Source: the human T2T-CHM13v2.0 reference genome, Homo sapiens
DNA: 64,000 nucleotides
Reading direction: 5' to 3' (one strand)
Assembly: GCF_009914755.1 (NCBI RefSeq)
Contig: NC_060926.1
The notes beneath the pieces were generated by a model, which saw nothing but the letters and a program-made list of their open reading frames with translations, was not told the DNA's origin and ran no database searches. This document shows positions 36,480 to 51,932 of the stretch, piece after piece (position 1 is the first letter of the stretch; each line of letters starts with the position of its first letter). The position numbers and the translations under genes were made by a program.

Positions 36480-37075
36480 GTCACCATCAGGCCCCACTCC
36501 CACCTCCAGGCAAAACATATCTTCTCCAGGGTAAAGGGTTTTGATTCTTTCAAGCTGCATGAATATGAGTCCATGAGTATCACATATCACATGAATCCAT
36601 GGTCCCTGGATCTCCAAGCTTCCTTTCTCTGGACATAATCCTTTTCCTCAACTCACATGGCCAAGTGCAGCTCCTAGACCTAAGGACAGTCCCTCAGATG
36701 CTTGCCCAGTGTGCCAAGGCTGTGTTCCCTCCTGGGGTAATCCAGACATGCACCAACCATTTATACCTCCCGAGGTCCCCAGAGTTTTGGGGCATTCTCA
36801 TCTCCGAACAGCATGGAGACCACAGTCACCACAGCTTCTGCCATTTTTTTCAGAAATGTAAGATTCTTCCAATTCATACGTGGACAACGGGCTTATAACC
36901 TGAATATGTTCTGTTACATTTGCCCTTTGCTGTAACTTTTACCTGGTCTTAGTTTTCCATTGTCCAATCGGCTGAGATATTTTTGAATCTTGATTTTTTT
37001 CATACAGAGTATTAGCTATCCCTATACATTTTGTGTTGATTTCAGCCTTATATTAAATCACTGATTTAAAACAAA
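36480..37075 (-). mobile_element. L3/CR1 relic
   Basis: tcttctccagggtaaa...ttttgaatcttgatt...agtattagctatccct. Confidence 0.55.
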
Positions 37076-37091
37076 ACATATGTTGTAAAGA

Positions 37092-37280
37092 ATAGACACT
37101 GGGGACTTCACAGAGGGGGAAGATGGAAGGGAAGGCAAGGGTTAAAAAATTACCTATCAAGTCTAGTGTTCACTATTTGGGTTAATGGATATACTAGAAG
37201 CCCAGTCCCCACCAGTACACAGCATACTCATGTAACAAACATGCACCTGTTTTCTCTCAATCTAAAATAAAATAACATTT
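37092..37280 (+). mobile_element. L1PB4-like 3' end stub
   Basis: atagacactggggacttca...ttaaaaaattacctatc...catgtaacaaacatgcacctg...aatctaaaataaaa. Confidence 0.75.
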
Positions 37281-37751
37281 ATAAATAAATATATGTATGC
37301 AACATTTTATTTAACTTTTCACTTTTAAAAAGTTTAGGAAATCTTTATTCCTTATGAATTACAGTTAATATACAGGAAAAAAATTTTGGAGATTAATGAG
37401 TTAAAAATCTTAGCATAGACAGTTCTCTGTCCATTAGTCTTCTCTATTATTTCTGTAACTGTAACTTGCTATTATCTCTTAAAATTCAATTCAATTCAAT
37501 TTTATGGCCTTGATGGTGAATAAATAAATAAATAAAAGAATAAAATAAAATGAGGCATATGTTGTATAGAACAAGGCCAAGAGCAGGGCCTCATGTTTCC
37601 CATTTAGACTTCCCTCCAGAGTAACAGTCATTTGTAAATCAAATCTCTTTGAGAATGGTTTTTCCACCAGCTCAGCATCCATCCAGATCCTGCCTTCAAA
37701 AATGAAATTACAAACTTGGCCTGATCAGATGAAATCCAACTTTACCTGTGG

Positions 37752-37952
37752 AAGGAGTCCTTAACTTTGGGTTAGTGTACTTTGGCTTCAGGGAGTTTAT
37801 GAACTGCCCTCCCAAAATTATATGCAAATATGTGTTTGTGCATCCTCATGTATACTCACTCATACTCATCCATTGATTTTTTATGCCAGTGTCCATAGAT
37901 TTTTTCACCTTCTCAAAAGGATTAATGACCTGCAGAATTTCAAGAACCACTA
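37752..37952. mobile_element. MER103C-like hAT element
   Basis: ggcttcagggagtttatgaac...gtccatagat...ttctcaaaagg...aagaaccact. Confidence 0.65.
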
Positions 37953-38447
37953 ATCAATTACATTCCCTTGGAACTCTAGGTTGTAATCCTCTCCACAATG
38001 GAAACAGATCAGTGTGTTGCATCAGGGTGCGTTACTCAAGAGCAACCACAGGTCTCCAGTGATCAAAGTTTCCCTCTCTAGTTGTTTATGAACCACTGGA
38101 AGATCATCGTGGTTCTTTAGTGTAACAGGTTCTAGAAGGTTTCCTGGGAGATAGAGAAAAACAGCATCCTTGGCCAAGGACTAGGGGACTGAAAAAGTGT
38201 TCTACCAGCCTCCTCAGAAATACATGGAGAGCTTGGCTTCATTTTGGTAATGAGAGAATTCTGTCTGTGTGACTCAGGATGGTTCTGGAAGCCTTGTTAG
38301 CCACCTTACCCTGAGGCAAGAGAGTAACCACTTTGCAGGACTTTGAGGATGCAATATGCATCGGCCCTTGTTAGCGTGCTTAGCATGAAGCATGGCTCCT
38401 GCAAAAAATCTCTACCATTAAGTCCTGATTCCAAAACGACCAACTAT

Positions 38448-38970
38448 TGTGTTGGTCTGTGATCTGTAGTTGCTTAACTACAACTCAACAACTCAAATTA
38501 CTTTTGGCAAAGAAGGTAATTTTACAAGAAGAAAGCAGAAAAATCTCAAGGAATTTGGGGAGCAGTAGCAACAGGGACTGAGAGGCTCATAGCAAGGGTG
38601 CTGAATGCGTCTTCTCTGAAGGGCAGCTTTTGTTCTGTGCAGCTGACTGTTCCTCTCTCTTCCTGCAGATCAGCTTTCTCTCTCTCCAGGCCCTGGCAGA
38701 GCATGGCCACCCAGAACCACATCACTTCCCAGATTCAGGGACAACAACCCCAGGGGTGCCAGAGTTCCAAATTTAAATTCCCAGGAAATATTATATATTT
38801 TATTATTGGCCCAGCTTGGGTCAGGTGTGCACACCTGCTCCATTGGGCTGTGATGAGGGAGGGTGAGGGACACATATTATAACATGATTGTGGGGACTCA
38901 TTCCTATAGAGAAAGGCAGTTATCAGAGAAGAAATGTGTAGGCTGCTAAATCACCCCAAAAGATGTCTTA
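38448..38970 (-). mobile_element. Old MLT1 (K-N-like) LTR
   Basis: attggcccagcttgggtcaggtgtgcacacctg and a tgt...gttgc...aactcaa start. Confidence 0.55.
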
Positions 38971-39109
38971 TTCTAGATGTTTTAAAAATACCACATCTTT
39001 CCACATTAACTTAGATCATATATGAAACAGTTTCCTTAAAGTCACAAAAGGATACTTTAGAGAGTTGGTAGGTAAGGTGGTGGGGGTCAAGGGAGCTTGA
39101 AAACTGCTA

Positions 39110-40250
39110 AACTTCATTGAGAAAATTAAAAGGCTGAGGATAGCCAAGCAAATCTGATAAAAGAGTAAAATGTTGATGAATTTACATCATGTATTAAAAT
39201 ACATTATAAAGCTATTTTAAAAGTACAATAGATTAAGAGCTGCACAGCAAAAAAACTAGTAAACCCCTCCAACCGGGGTCTGTACTTTTAAATTTTCCCA
39301 AATGTAGAGACCAAAAACATACATATACATTTGCTATATAATAAAGGTATTGTTATGAATTAACAGAGGTAAAAAAATGAGAATCCAGTCAAAGATGTTG
39401 GGATAGTTTGATAGCAATTGGGGAGGGGAATCATATCTTAATTTAACATCATAAACCTACACAAATTGTTGATGAATAAAAGATTAATTATAAATACAAA
39501 ACCATAAAGCTGGAAGAAAATATGAAGATTGAGAGGACTTTCTAAAGATTAAAGAAAGGAAGAAACCACAAAACAAAATCAATAGATTTGACTGCATAAA
39601 ATTAAGAACCTCTGTGCTTTAAAACAAAAAACGCCAAAAGAAAATTAAAAGGCAAGTGGAAAAATTGAGAACAACAGTACATAATGTAACACAGTTTGAA
39701 TATATAATATCCTTGTATAAATTAACAACAACAACAAAAAAACGGGCAAAGGGAAGAGTCAAATCACAGAGGAAAAAATAGAAAAATTTAACCAGTGTGT
39801 GTTTGGAAAAATGATTAACCTCACTACTGAATTTTTAAAAAATCAGTTAAATAATCTACCATTTTCCCCCATTGGTCTGGCTTTTTGTATATTTAATAAT
39901 ATTCCATGTGAAGAAGGTATGATTAATTGGGCAATCTGATTGGCTATTTCTGGGATAAGTTGGTAACTTGTAAGAAGAATCTTAAATCCTTTAGGAATCT
40001 GTCCTAAGGAACAGATTTGTAAATTTGTATAACAATGCACATGGCATTGATTATTATTAATAATATTAATTTATTATTAATAAATAATAACATTTATTGT
40101 TAAGGATAGTTTTCTCTATCCTGACCACTGGAGGAAAACACTGTAAATGCCCAGAAATAAAGTTTTGACTAAATAGATTCTGGTTTACTCACATGATGAA
40201 ATATTATGCAACTATTATAAATATATTTTGAAAGAATGCTTAATGATCAA
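39110..40250 (+). mobile_element. Very old L1 (L1ME-like) ORF2/3' relic
   Basis: A-rich; aatcaatagatttgactgcataaaattaagaacctctg...aaattaaaaggcaa. Confidence 0.6.
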
Positions 40251-40267
40251 ACAATTCACCCACAATA

Positions 40268-41240
40268 CATTTTTAACAGCCTTATTGAGATATAGTTCAT
40301 ATGTGATATAATGTATTCATTTAAAGTATGTAATTCAATGGTTTTTTTTTTTTAGTATGTTCACAGAATTCTGTAACAATCAATTTTAGAACATTTTCAT
40401 TCCTCAAAAAGAAACCCTGCCATTAGGAGCCACTTCCATCACCCACTTCCCAAACCTCCCAGCCTTGGGCAACCACTAATCTACTTTTCTGTCTCTACAG
40501 ATTTGTCTTTTTTAAGCATTTAATGTCAATGGGTATGTATCAGTGGATATGATATGTGGACTTTTGAAATTGGCATCTTTCACTTAGCATAAGGTTTTCA
40601 AGGTTTATTTATGTTGTAGAATGTGTCAGTACCTCTCATTGCTGAATTACATTTCATTGTGTGGATATACCACATTTATTTATTCATCCAGCTGTCAATG
40701 GATATTTGGGCTGTTTTCATTTTTTGGCTATTATGAATAATACCACTATTAACATTTAAGTACAATTTTTTTTCTGTGGGTGCAAGTTTTTATTTCTCTT
40801 GGGTCTATACATAGGAGTGGAATTACTGGATCAGATGGTGACTCTATTCTTGACTCTGTGAGGAGCTGCCAGACTGTTTTCCAGTGCAGCTGCACCATCT
40901 TCTATTCCCAGCAGCAGTATACAAGAATTCCAATTTTTCCACATTCTCACCAACACTTGTTATTATTTGTATTTTTATTATAGCCATCCTCACTGTGGTT
41001 TTGATTTGCATTTTCCTGATGGCAAATGACATTGAACATATTTTCATGTGCTTATTGGCTATTTGTATATCTTCTTTGGAGAAATATCTACTCAGATCCT
41101 CTGGTCATTTCTAAATTGGGTTATTTATCTTTCTATTATTGAGTTACAAGAGTGCTTTGTATATTCTGGATACAAGCCCCTATCAGTTATATGATTTGCA
41201 AATACTTTCTCCCATTGTGTGGGTTACCTTGTCATGTTAT
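40268..41240 (-). mobile_element. L1MB7/8-like 3' end
   Basis: ttaacagccttattgagatatagttc...cccagccttgggcaaccactaatctacttt...ctttggagaaatatcta. Confidence 0.8.
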
Positions 41241-41925
41241 ACAAATTTATAATTTCTAAGTATTTTTCAATTACCTACTATATGCCATGAAACTGTGAAG
41301 TAGCCCAAAGATGCAGAATACAGATACTTTCTCTCCCAAGAAAGTACTAGTAAAATATTCAAAAGATAGTATAAGGTAAAGTGCTAGTATTAAAAGAATC
41401 CATTCATGAACATATAAGATTCCAAGTTAGAACCCCGGGCAGTCAGAGTGGGCCTCATGGAGGAGGTGGGCCTCATAGAATGAGCAGCAATCAACAGGGC
41501 AGAAGCAGGGAAGAGTCAAGGTAGAAGAACAAAAGCGTCCAAACCAGGTGGTCATGGTTGGGGGGTAGTGCAGTATGGAGACCTACACCTCAGTCAGGGT
41601 TACAGGACAGTGATGTCAGGGAGAGGACCTGGAATTTAAATCTGCCCCCACTGTGGGCTATGATAAGGGAAAGAGATGAGGAAACCAAGGTAAAGAAAAT
41701 TATGTTTGAGTAAGATTTATCAAGCACCAAAGGCAGAATCAACTAGGGGGAGCACTGAGATTGAGAAGAGCCTAGAGGCATGGGCCTAACCTAGTTGGTT
41801 GCAGCCAGGGTTGGAGAGTTCACGAAACAGTCTGAAGTCCGTTGAGGGAACTTATAATCAACTATGTGATCTTGGGTGGGTCCTGGCCCCTTGCCTGGCC
41901 TAAGGATCCTCTGTAAAATCAAGCA

Positions 41926-42435
41926 TGTATCCACCAGGAGGATTTTCAGCTGCAAGTAATAAAACACTAACAAGCAGTGGCTTAAGCAATAAATATATTA
42001 ATTATCTCTCATAACAAGAAATCCAGAGTTAGACTGCTTTGGTCTTGGTGCAGTGGCCCAGTGACATCATCAAAGATTCCAACCTCTTTCTACTTTCCTG
42101 CTCTGCCACCATGGGCGTGTTGGCTTGCACCCAGGATCACACAACGTCTGCTGCAGCTCTAGAACATCCAATGCGCTCAAGGCAGGACACGGATTCGAAG
42201 ACAGCACCAGGCTCATCTGAACTTTCTATTAGGACAGTAAAACTCTCGTAGAGTCCTCCAGGAGACATGCTTTGTTCTTCATTGGCCATGATTAAGTCTC
42301 ACGTCCCCAACCCCAGCTAGAGGAGCATCTGGGAAAACGGAAACAGAATTGTCCTGACTGGCTTAGGCCAACCATGCTCCATTGCCTGTCTGAGAATTCT
42401 GTTAGCTGGGACAAGGGATGGGCATTGGGAAGAGA
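41926..42435 (-). mobile_element. MLT1J/K-like LTR
   Basis: ttcagctgcaagtaataaaa...gtggcttaagcaata...ataacaagaaatccagag...gtgacatcatcaaagattcc. Confidence 0.7.
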
Positions 42436-43140
42436 ATTAACCCAGGGACTGAACAAGGCCCCTCCCAATGCTCACAGCCCACGGGGTTCTCTCATCTCCA
42501 GCTGTTCTGCTTTGTGGCTCCTCTCACCCGCTTCCTGCAACTGCTTCTTCCCTTCTTATTTGGCCTGTAGAGAAAGCAGCTGCTCTCTCTCTATCTCTTT
42601 GTTTTGATGAACTTAAAAGTCGATTCCATCAAACAACCCTTTTCTTCCATCAATGCCAGTCAGACTGACTTTCCTAGCATGGCCAGTATTTTAATCACTC
42701 AAAAATTGAGGCGTGATTATGGACCCCCACCCCTGCCACTCAGTGATGAGCACAGCCTCTGTGTGTCCCTCTGGTTGTACCCTGCCTCTGCCTCGATGCT
42801 CTTGTGGCATTCATTTAATTTTTCATCCTGAAATTTCTCCTTCAAGTCCATCATGTGGAACATGTGACACCCCAGCCCTGCCTGGCCCTCCTTCCTCCCA
42901 AGGGCCTGTGCCGAGTGTGACAGTCATCAGAGGCTCTGCCTCAGCTCAGCCACAGGCCCTGAAAGGTAACTGGACAAAGATTACTTGAGCTTCCTAGAGC
43001 CCCCTACAATGCCTACACAGGGCCCATCAGGTGAGGGACTACGGTCGATGACTGTCACGAGGAGGAGTTGTCCACATGGCCACCAGCCGACCTGGTTCCA
43101 AAGTTCTCAGGGACCTCGTACATTAAAGTTTCCCACATCT

Positions 43141-43441
43141 GGCCAGGCACAGTGGCTCATGTCTATAATCCCAGCACTTTGGGAGGCCAAGGCAGGTGGA
43201 TCACCTCAGGTCAGGAGTTTGAGACCAGCCTGGCCAACATGGGGAAACCCTGTCTCTACTAAAAATACAAAAAGTAGCCAGGTGTGGTGGCACATGCCTG
43301 TAATCCCAGGTACTCAGGAGGCTGAGGCAGAGAGAATCGCTTGAACCTGGGAGGCGGAGGTTGCAGTGAGCTGAGATCATACCACGGCACTCCAGCCTGG
43401 GCAACAGAGCAAGACTCCATCTCAAAAAACAAAAAAAAAAA
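43141..43441 (+). mobile_element. AluS (Sx/Sz-like)
   Basis: Full-length dimer ggccaggcacagtggctc...gactccatctcaaaaaa. Confidence 0.93.
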
Positions 43442-43659
43442 GTTTCCCACGTCTGTGCCCAGGGCTGGGTTGGAGCCACGTATAAGCCAGCCCAGCTCTT
43501 GGAGAGAGTTTGTTTCCAAGGTTCTTTCCTATCACTTAACTGCTCATCTGACCCAGGCATGCCCAACCGGCACCCACTGCCACCTCCTTAGTCTGTTGCA
43601 GTGCAGCATTTTAATTCAAATTGTTTCCTCTCTCCTCTATTTCATCCCTCAAAATTACA

Positions 43660-44010
43660 CAGGGCAATATCTCCTATTTCTATACCACGTGCACTATTGT
43701 TTTCATCTCCTCATAGCATCTGTATAATCATATCTTCATATTTTTACACGAACTGTCTGTTCTTGCTTAAATACATTTTTTTAAAATAAAACTTTATATC
43801 ACTATCCCCCATGGAAAACAAACATTATTTTCCTGAAATGGACAGTAACTACAAAAATAAATGCAATGAAAACAAAACAATGGCAACCTGGTACTGCATA
43901 ATAAACAGTATTTGTGTAGAGTAGGTGAAAAAGCTGGAAGTATTAAGAAGATGGAAGGTGCATCAGCCCCCTGAGAAGGCGGTGCACAGGGACACCCGTG
44001 ATGAGAATAT
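43660..44010. mobile_element. MER113-like hAT element
   Basis: ttatatcactatccccatggaaaac...aaaaataaatgcaatgaaaacaaaacaatg matches recalled MER113. Confidence 0.6.
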
Positions 44011-44837
44011 GGAGGAAGACTGAGCTGCAATTACTCAGCTCACTCAGAGGCCGCTAGGTCTGGATTTGGTCCAAATAGCTGGGAGAGATTTTTAGACCAA
44101 ACTTCACAATTCAGCATTTTCTGTGTTTCCCCCTCTTGCTGGTATTCTATCCTAAGCGTATTAGACACCTCCCGATGCCTGGTGCCTTTGTCTTTGAATT
44201 TCTGATGATGGTGGCAATGTGTGGTAGGGATGGGGGATCTTTCTGACTCTGGCAGGACGAAGTGCCTGTCCATGTTCACTTTGGGGCCCATTCTGGGATG
44301 CTTGGGCCAAAGGTGGAGAGGAAGAAATGCAGGACCACAACAATATCCTGTCCCCAGGTGCTGCGCCCATGTATTTGGGTACAACTTCAAGCCCCATGGT
44401 TGTCCTAAGGCAATGGATGGGGTTTTCCACAAAGGTGATCCAAGAGAGGCAAGGATGCTTCTAATGTGGGTGAAAACATCTCAAGCAGAGTTAAGTTGCA
44501 ACACTAATGATCATGCAGAAGCCTAACATTAATATAGACGTGACAATGAAATCAAAGAGAAAACTTCCAAAACTGCCACCCTTTGGTCTCTGGAGTTCTT
44601 CAAGCAAGTGGCTTTGGATGCCCAGGGATATGGGCCAGGAGAAGCTATATGAGAAGGTGCTACCTAAGAAGCTCTTGCATTCCAGGCATGAGGAACTAAG
44701 CAGGAAGCAACATCTGTGAAGTACTGGAGATCTTGCTGAGGATTTAGCCAGACATGCTTTTGACTTCTAGCTTTGGCATCTAGGAGCTGTGTGACCTCAG
44801 GAAGTTGCATAACCTGTCTCTGAGCCTCATCAATTAG

Positions 44838-45256
<419 letters not shown>

Positions 45257-46391
45257 TAGATGATCACTAACAGTAATTTTAAAATTATTATTCTCATTTT
45301 CCCTGGATTTGTCTGACATGGTAGGACTACACTGGCCCTATTTTCTAAATAAACCAACAAAGGAGCAAATAAAGAGAAGCCAAGAGCAATCTGTTCTATG
45401 ACAAAAAGAATAACAAATAGCAAGAAAAAACATCCACCTCCGGCCTGAGACAGCTGAGAGGACAAAGGAACATTCCAGGGGTACTGCCCCCGGCACCAAA
45501 GATAACTTCGTGGGTTAAAAGAGAAAAAAAAAAATGGAGCCTTTCAAAAGTGGTAAAGATTAGAGTGGAGATTGCATTTTAAAAACATCACTCTTGTTTA
45601 AAAAAAAAAAAAGACAAGAAATTAAAGCATTTGTGTTTAGGATGAAAAAAATAGCTAGTTTTATAATCTGCCATTTGGAAAATCAAATCTATATAAAGGA
45701 AGAAAGCTGTGAGCTGAGGCAAGAATGAGGTTTCTTGGCGACAGCTTCATTTATAAGTTTTGTGCAGCTCTTGAAGGTCACTTGTTCCAGGGACTTCATC
45801 CCACTTCGCAAACAGAAGACGAATCTGCAGTCCCTTCGGTGGAGCAGGTTATACAAGGAAACAATACATGTGAGAGGCAGCGGCACTCCTTAAGAGGTCT
45901 AAATTGAATTGCATTGACTTTTTACAAAGCCACAAATTGCTTATCTTATTCAAGTGCCTGAGTGTTTGCTTTTTGATGAGCTCGGTACAAAGATACCTTG
46001 AAGTTCGACAGTGGCTTCAGTCGCCCAATTTGAGCTGTCAGTGGAGGGGCTGGGGGCAATGCTTAGGGTACATGTTTTCTGAGCCTCCCTGCTTTCTGAA
46101 TCCTTACCAAGGCCAAGGGAAGCAGAAAGGGGATTATCCTAAAAGATGATCCTAAAACAACAAGGTCTTATGAGGTTAGGCCCATTCTACCAACAAAATA
46201 TATCTCCATCCAGCTCATTTCTGCAGATCAAATAAGATAACAGATGTGAAAATCAAGCAGTTTCTGGATCTAGGTAGTCAAGAAATAAAGACAGAGGAAC
46301 AGCAATTCCAGCCAAATGTCACCTGTGCCTGAAGCTTTGTTTGTAGCAGCAGATTGTGGGGGCAGGGGAGTGAAATTAGGTGTTGGACTAT

Positions 46392-46505
46392 CCGTGGCTC
46401 TCAATTTCAACTGCACAGCAGAGTCACATGGAAACTTCTTTGAAGCTTTCTGGCTATCCCTCAGCCAATTAAATCAAAATCTCTGGGTGTAAGGCTCCAG
46501 GCTTC
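46392..46505. mobile_element. MER5-like fragment
   Basis: gtggctctcaatttcaactgcacagcagagtcac...ccaattaaatcaaaatctctgggtgt. Confidence 0.55.
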
Positions 46506-47435
46506 ATAATCCTATGCCACTGCCCTCATGACACTAAAAAGCAAATGAAGTTATAGACCAAGGAAAAAGGAGTAAAAAGAGGCCATGACTTGTCCCATTT
46601 GTTTCAGAAGGTTGGTGTTACTGAGTTTTATTGAGATGATGGCTACCATGTCGGGGGTGGGCGTAGGTGTAGTCACATCAGTGGCACCAGCAATGTCATT
46701 CCCCATTCATCAAAGAGACACCAGTGCTGGAAAGACATCGTCTGAAAGGCTGGAGAAGGGATGTTCTTAGTTTGGGGATAGTAGGGTATCTAGGAAGATC
46801 CCTGTGGGTGCTGGGGTTTGGATGACCTCTGGCACACAGGACTGGCCTCACCCGTGACTCCACAATTTGCATGAGCTACTCTTGCATTAGGGGTGAGGGG
46901 CCAGCTCTGTTTGCCCCATTTCCAGATGCTTCTACAGGGAGTTAGTGCAAACCCCTCCAATGACTTTTCCCTTGTCCAAAAGTTCCAAGGGCATTCATTC
47001 ATTTAAAAGAATTTAGTGGGCCCATAACATGTACCATCACTGTGACAGATGAACGAGATGGAGACACCCCACACCAGCCTCCCTGGGGTTTACAGTCAGG
47101 GAAGGCTGGCCCCAAGGACATGGATACATCAACAGCAAATCCTCAGAAGTGGGCCTGGCCCTCTGGAATTGGTCCCACTGCTTCTCTCAGACCTTTCCAT
47201 GCTTATCCTTGCGTCCCAGGGGCCACCTACCAAAGACATGTGATTTGATAAGAACTGCACAGGCTGCGCATTGCTGACTTCTTTTGCCGCTCGCTGGGCT
47301 GTGTGCTTGTTAGAAATGCTGAGAGATTATTAGCATTTACAGCAAGAATACATCTCTAATTGTAAAATTCAGGCACTGAGCTGAGAGAGTTCTTTGGAGA
47401 CAGATCTGTTTTGGGGCACGACCTGAAGACTTCTA

Positions 47436-47570
47436 GAGATGGATGCATGGGTGGATGGAGGGACAGAGGGACAGATGGATGGATGCATGGATGGATGGAT
47501 GGATGGATGGATGCATGGATGGATGGATGGATGGTAGATAAATCACAGGTAGGTAGTTGGATAGATGGCA
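47436..47570. repeat. (GGAT)n microsatellite
   Basis: Directly visible. Confidence 0.9.
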
Positions 47571-48651
47571 AAGAAAGTATAGGAAGATCTATGAAGAGAG
47601 AACAATAGAAGTGGATAGTGTGGATAAATGGCAGCTAAATGATAGAAACACAATAGTTCAAAAATATTCCAGCAAGGCCGACCCACCCGTGATCTTCCAG
47701 CTCACTCTCTTCCACATCCCTTTGGCCACTTCTCCAGCTCGGTGCTCCCCTCCTGCCCTTTGGCAACTGTGCTACTCCACACATCTGAGTCCCAGAGGCC
47801 TTTCCTGACCTCACCTGGCTGGGTTGGATGAGATCTCCTCTGCAACAGACTGTGAACCCACCTCCATGCTAGCATTTACAATATTGCTGGCTACTACCTG
47901 TAGACCTGTCAGCCCCCTGTCTCCTAGACTGTGAGCCTTTTGAGGGTAGGGTTGTGATCTACTATCCCCACTGTATCCTGAGCACTTAGCTTGTCCAGTG
48001 TTGATGAAATGAACTCAGTACACTATGCATGTGCCCATGAGAATTCACAGGGGAGACAGACTACAAGGTGGGTTTCTGCCTGGGGTCTCCTCCTCAGTTC
48101 AGTTGCAGGGCCCCCCTGACAAATGCTCCCTCCCACAGTGGCCATTTCCGGCAGGCTCTGCGAAGCAGACTCACTGTGCTGGGTGAGACTCTGCCGAGTG
48201 CCTCACTGGGTGACTGTAGCAGGCCTAGATGATTGCACAGTGAGCCCCAGGTGCAGCATCCGCAGGGAGGCCGACACAATGAGACCTGCACACCCTTCTG
48301 CTGTTAGCACTAACAAAGACAAATCGGATGCAGTGCTGGAGTGCTTTGCCTGTTAAGTGTTAAGTAGCAGACTGATTGCTCTGAAGTTGACAAGTGACAA
48401 GGAGTAAGGAAGGCAGCAGGTGCTTCCGACTGCCCTCCTGGGGGTAGCAGGGAACGGGGCTCTATCTAGGCAAGAGGAGATCTCTGACTGAGGGACCCTC
48501 ACATCCCAGAGCAGGGCGATTCCTGTCTCGATCAAGGCTGGCCCTTGGTCCAGGCCCTGTTTCCTTGGTCACCTTCTGCAAACTTTCCCCAAAGCCTCAA
48601 TTTTCCCCACTGCCTCTCAAGGACTGTCACAATGGAAAGCCCCATCTGTAG

Positions 48652-48969
<318 letters not shown>

Positions 48970-51620
48970 GCAGCAGCATTCTTGATGGGAAATAGAACAT
49001 GAATGAAATCTTACCGGAAGTGTATTATCCCTGAAACAGGTGTCAGTGGAGCTGGTTAAAGCAGAAAAGAGGTCAGAGCACCCCCTGTTGTGCCGTCCCA
49101 CCACATCTCCCACAGTGGCCCTGCGTCTCCTATACAGAAACCTAGACTCTCAGCACACAGTCTGGGGAACACAAGGCCCACGCCATACATTTAGTCTTGT
49201 ATCACATCAGCATGCTCTTCTGATCTGTGTCTCCTGTTCAGTTGGTCCATCTTTATGGCCATCACCTTCCCAATAAGGTTATGAGCCGTGGATCAGACCT
49301 TCCGGCTCTTTTGGGAGCACAGTGCCAGGCCCCAGCAGACACCATGTAAAAGCCGTCATTTGATTGATGGGGAGTTCAAGGGGCATACATGCACAGCTCT
49401 CTGTAGGCTAGGCAGAGGGGTGGCAGGCAGGCACTCCCCACCATGCTGTGCTCTTCCCTGAGTAAATTCAAATAAATGGATGCTGCCTGACAGACCAATG
49501 TGCTCACTAATTTATATCGATGAACAAGATGAGAACTAAGGGACTGCATGAAACTTGGCTCCTGAGCTCTATCCCAGGGAATCTCAAGCTGCATTTCGTG
49601 TGCACACATGCATGTCTGCATGCCTACATGCATGAGGTGGGGGGCCATGTGGGGACTACCCAGGGCAGCTCCAGAGAGAAAATGCCTTTGTTTAGATTGA
49701 TTCTTCTCCCCCCCTAAAATGATAATGCGATCATCCATGTAAACACTGACCTTGGCCAATAGGGAAAAATCATAAGTGCTTCTCAAACTAGTAATCATTT
49801 GTTACTGTTAACATAATGCCCTCCAGGATCCTCATCATATCTATATGCTTCCCAAATCTTGTTTTCAAGCCCCATTCCTTCAGGAAGCCCCTTCAGACTA
49901 CATCTGCCTTCCTTCACCTCCCTTCTTCCCTGTTAGTTTTCATCAATTCTCCTCTGACACTGCTCCTCCTGAATTGCTTCAGGAACACAGGTGCAGTTCC
50001 TGTGCTGGGACAGAGGGTCTCTGAGGTTTGGCCCTGACCCAGCTTTCTCTCTGTACATCCCACACAGGCTGGCTGAAAACTGAGCAGGCAGGAGACGTGG
50101 CCAGACCAATGGATTGTTCCTGAGGGATTGTTTTTCTAGGTTCTTCCCCTCAAAGCTCAGTGGAACGGCAGTATCCTCTTGTGGAGGCACAGTGGCCGGT
50201 CCAGGATGAGTGAATGAGGGAAGGAAGACAAAAGGAAAGGGCAGCAGCTGAGGTTTGTCCTTCCTGGTCCACCTCCTCACCCTTTCCCAACTAGAAAGTA
50301 TATAACCGTTCTCTCCTCTGGAGACATCGCTGTGCCCAGTCCAGAAGCGACGGAGACCCAAGGAACGTTGTGGCAGAAGGAGATCATCTCAAGTGCAGTG
50401 CCCTTCCGTCCTGTTCTGAAAGCCTCCCAGCAATAACTAACTAGGTGGGGCTTCTCCTCTGTGCCTTCACAGCCCCCCGGGCCTTCCTTTGTCCTAGCAG
50501 GCATCACACGGGAGTCTACTTGCTGATCCCTCTGCCGCTGTTTCAGACTGTGAGCTGCTCAGGGGCCTTGCTGAAAGTTGATTGGATATGGATGAAGGGG
50601 TAGGTGGATGGGTGAGTGGGTGAGAGGTGGGTGGAATGATGGGTAGCAGATTTTGCTCAAAGGTCCTCAGAGTCTCAAAATTCAAATGAATTATTTAAGA
50701 GCATAGGCTTAGGAGAAAGGAAAGGAAAGGAGAGGAGAGGGGAGGGGAGGGGAATAATCCCTTTAAGTCCTATGCTTTAGTGAAGTGGCTATCAAAATAT
50801 TTTTCATTTTTATTGGAGTGTTCGTGTTTTTACTGTTGATGTATAAGAATTATTTCCATATTCTAGATTCAAGACATGTGTCAGGTATATAGATTGTTCT
50901 CCCAGCCTGTAATGTGTTCTACATCTTCTTAATAGTGTCTTTTGCTCAGCAGAAATTATTAATTTTGATGAAATCTAATGTATCAACTTTTTCTTCTATG
51001 GATAGAGCTTCTTGTGTCCTCTCTAAGAAATCTCTGCCTACCTCCAGGTGTCAAAGATTTTTCAAAAATGTTTTTTTTGCTTAGAAACTTTTTACTTAGC
51101 TTTTGTTTTGGTCTGTGATCCACCTCAACTTACTTTTTGTGTTATGTGTGAAGTAGAGAGGGTCAGGGATTTTTTTCTATATTTTATATTTGTCCCTCAA
51201 CCCTAGCACTTTTTGCCCAAAAGACTTTCTTTTCCACCCACTGATTTGCGTCAGTGCCTTTCTAGAAAATCAACTGGTCATATATACATGGGTCTGATTC
51301 TCTTTTCTTTCATTGATTTTCCTGGTCTTAGTATAGCCCAATGCCAAGAGTATATTGTCTCAATAATATAGTTTTACAGTAAGTCTTGAGATCAATTAAT
51401 ATAAGCCTTCCAGTTTTTTTTTCAAGATTATTTTCACTATAGTTGGTTCTTTACATTTCCTTTTAAATTTTTGAATCAATCTGTCAACTTCTACAAGAAA
51501 ATTTTCTGACAATTTGATTGGATAGCTTTGAATTTATACATCAGTTTGAGGAGAACTGACATCTTAATAACGTTGATTCTTCTGATCCATGAATACCAGA
51601 ATATCTTTTTATTTACTTTA

Positions 51621-51932
<312 letters not shown>

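Noticed and set aside
40050-40095. AT-only quasi-palindrome
   Set aside because: Low-complexity sequence within an old L1 relic; expected by chance.
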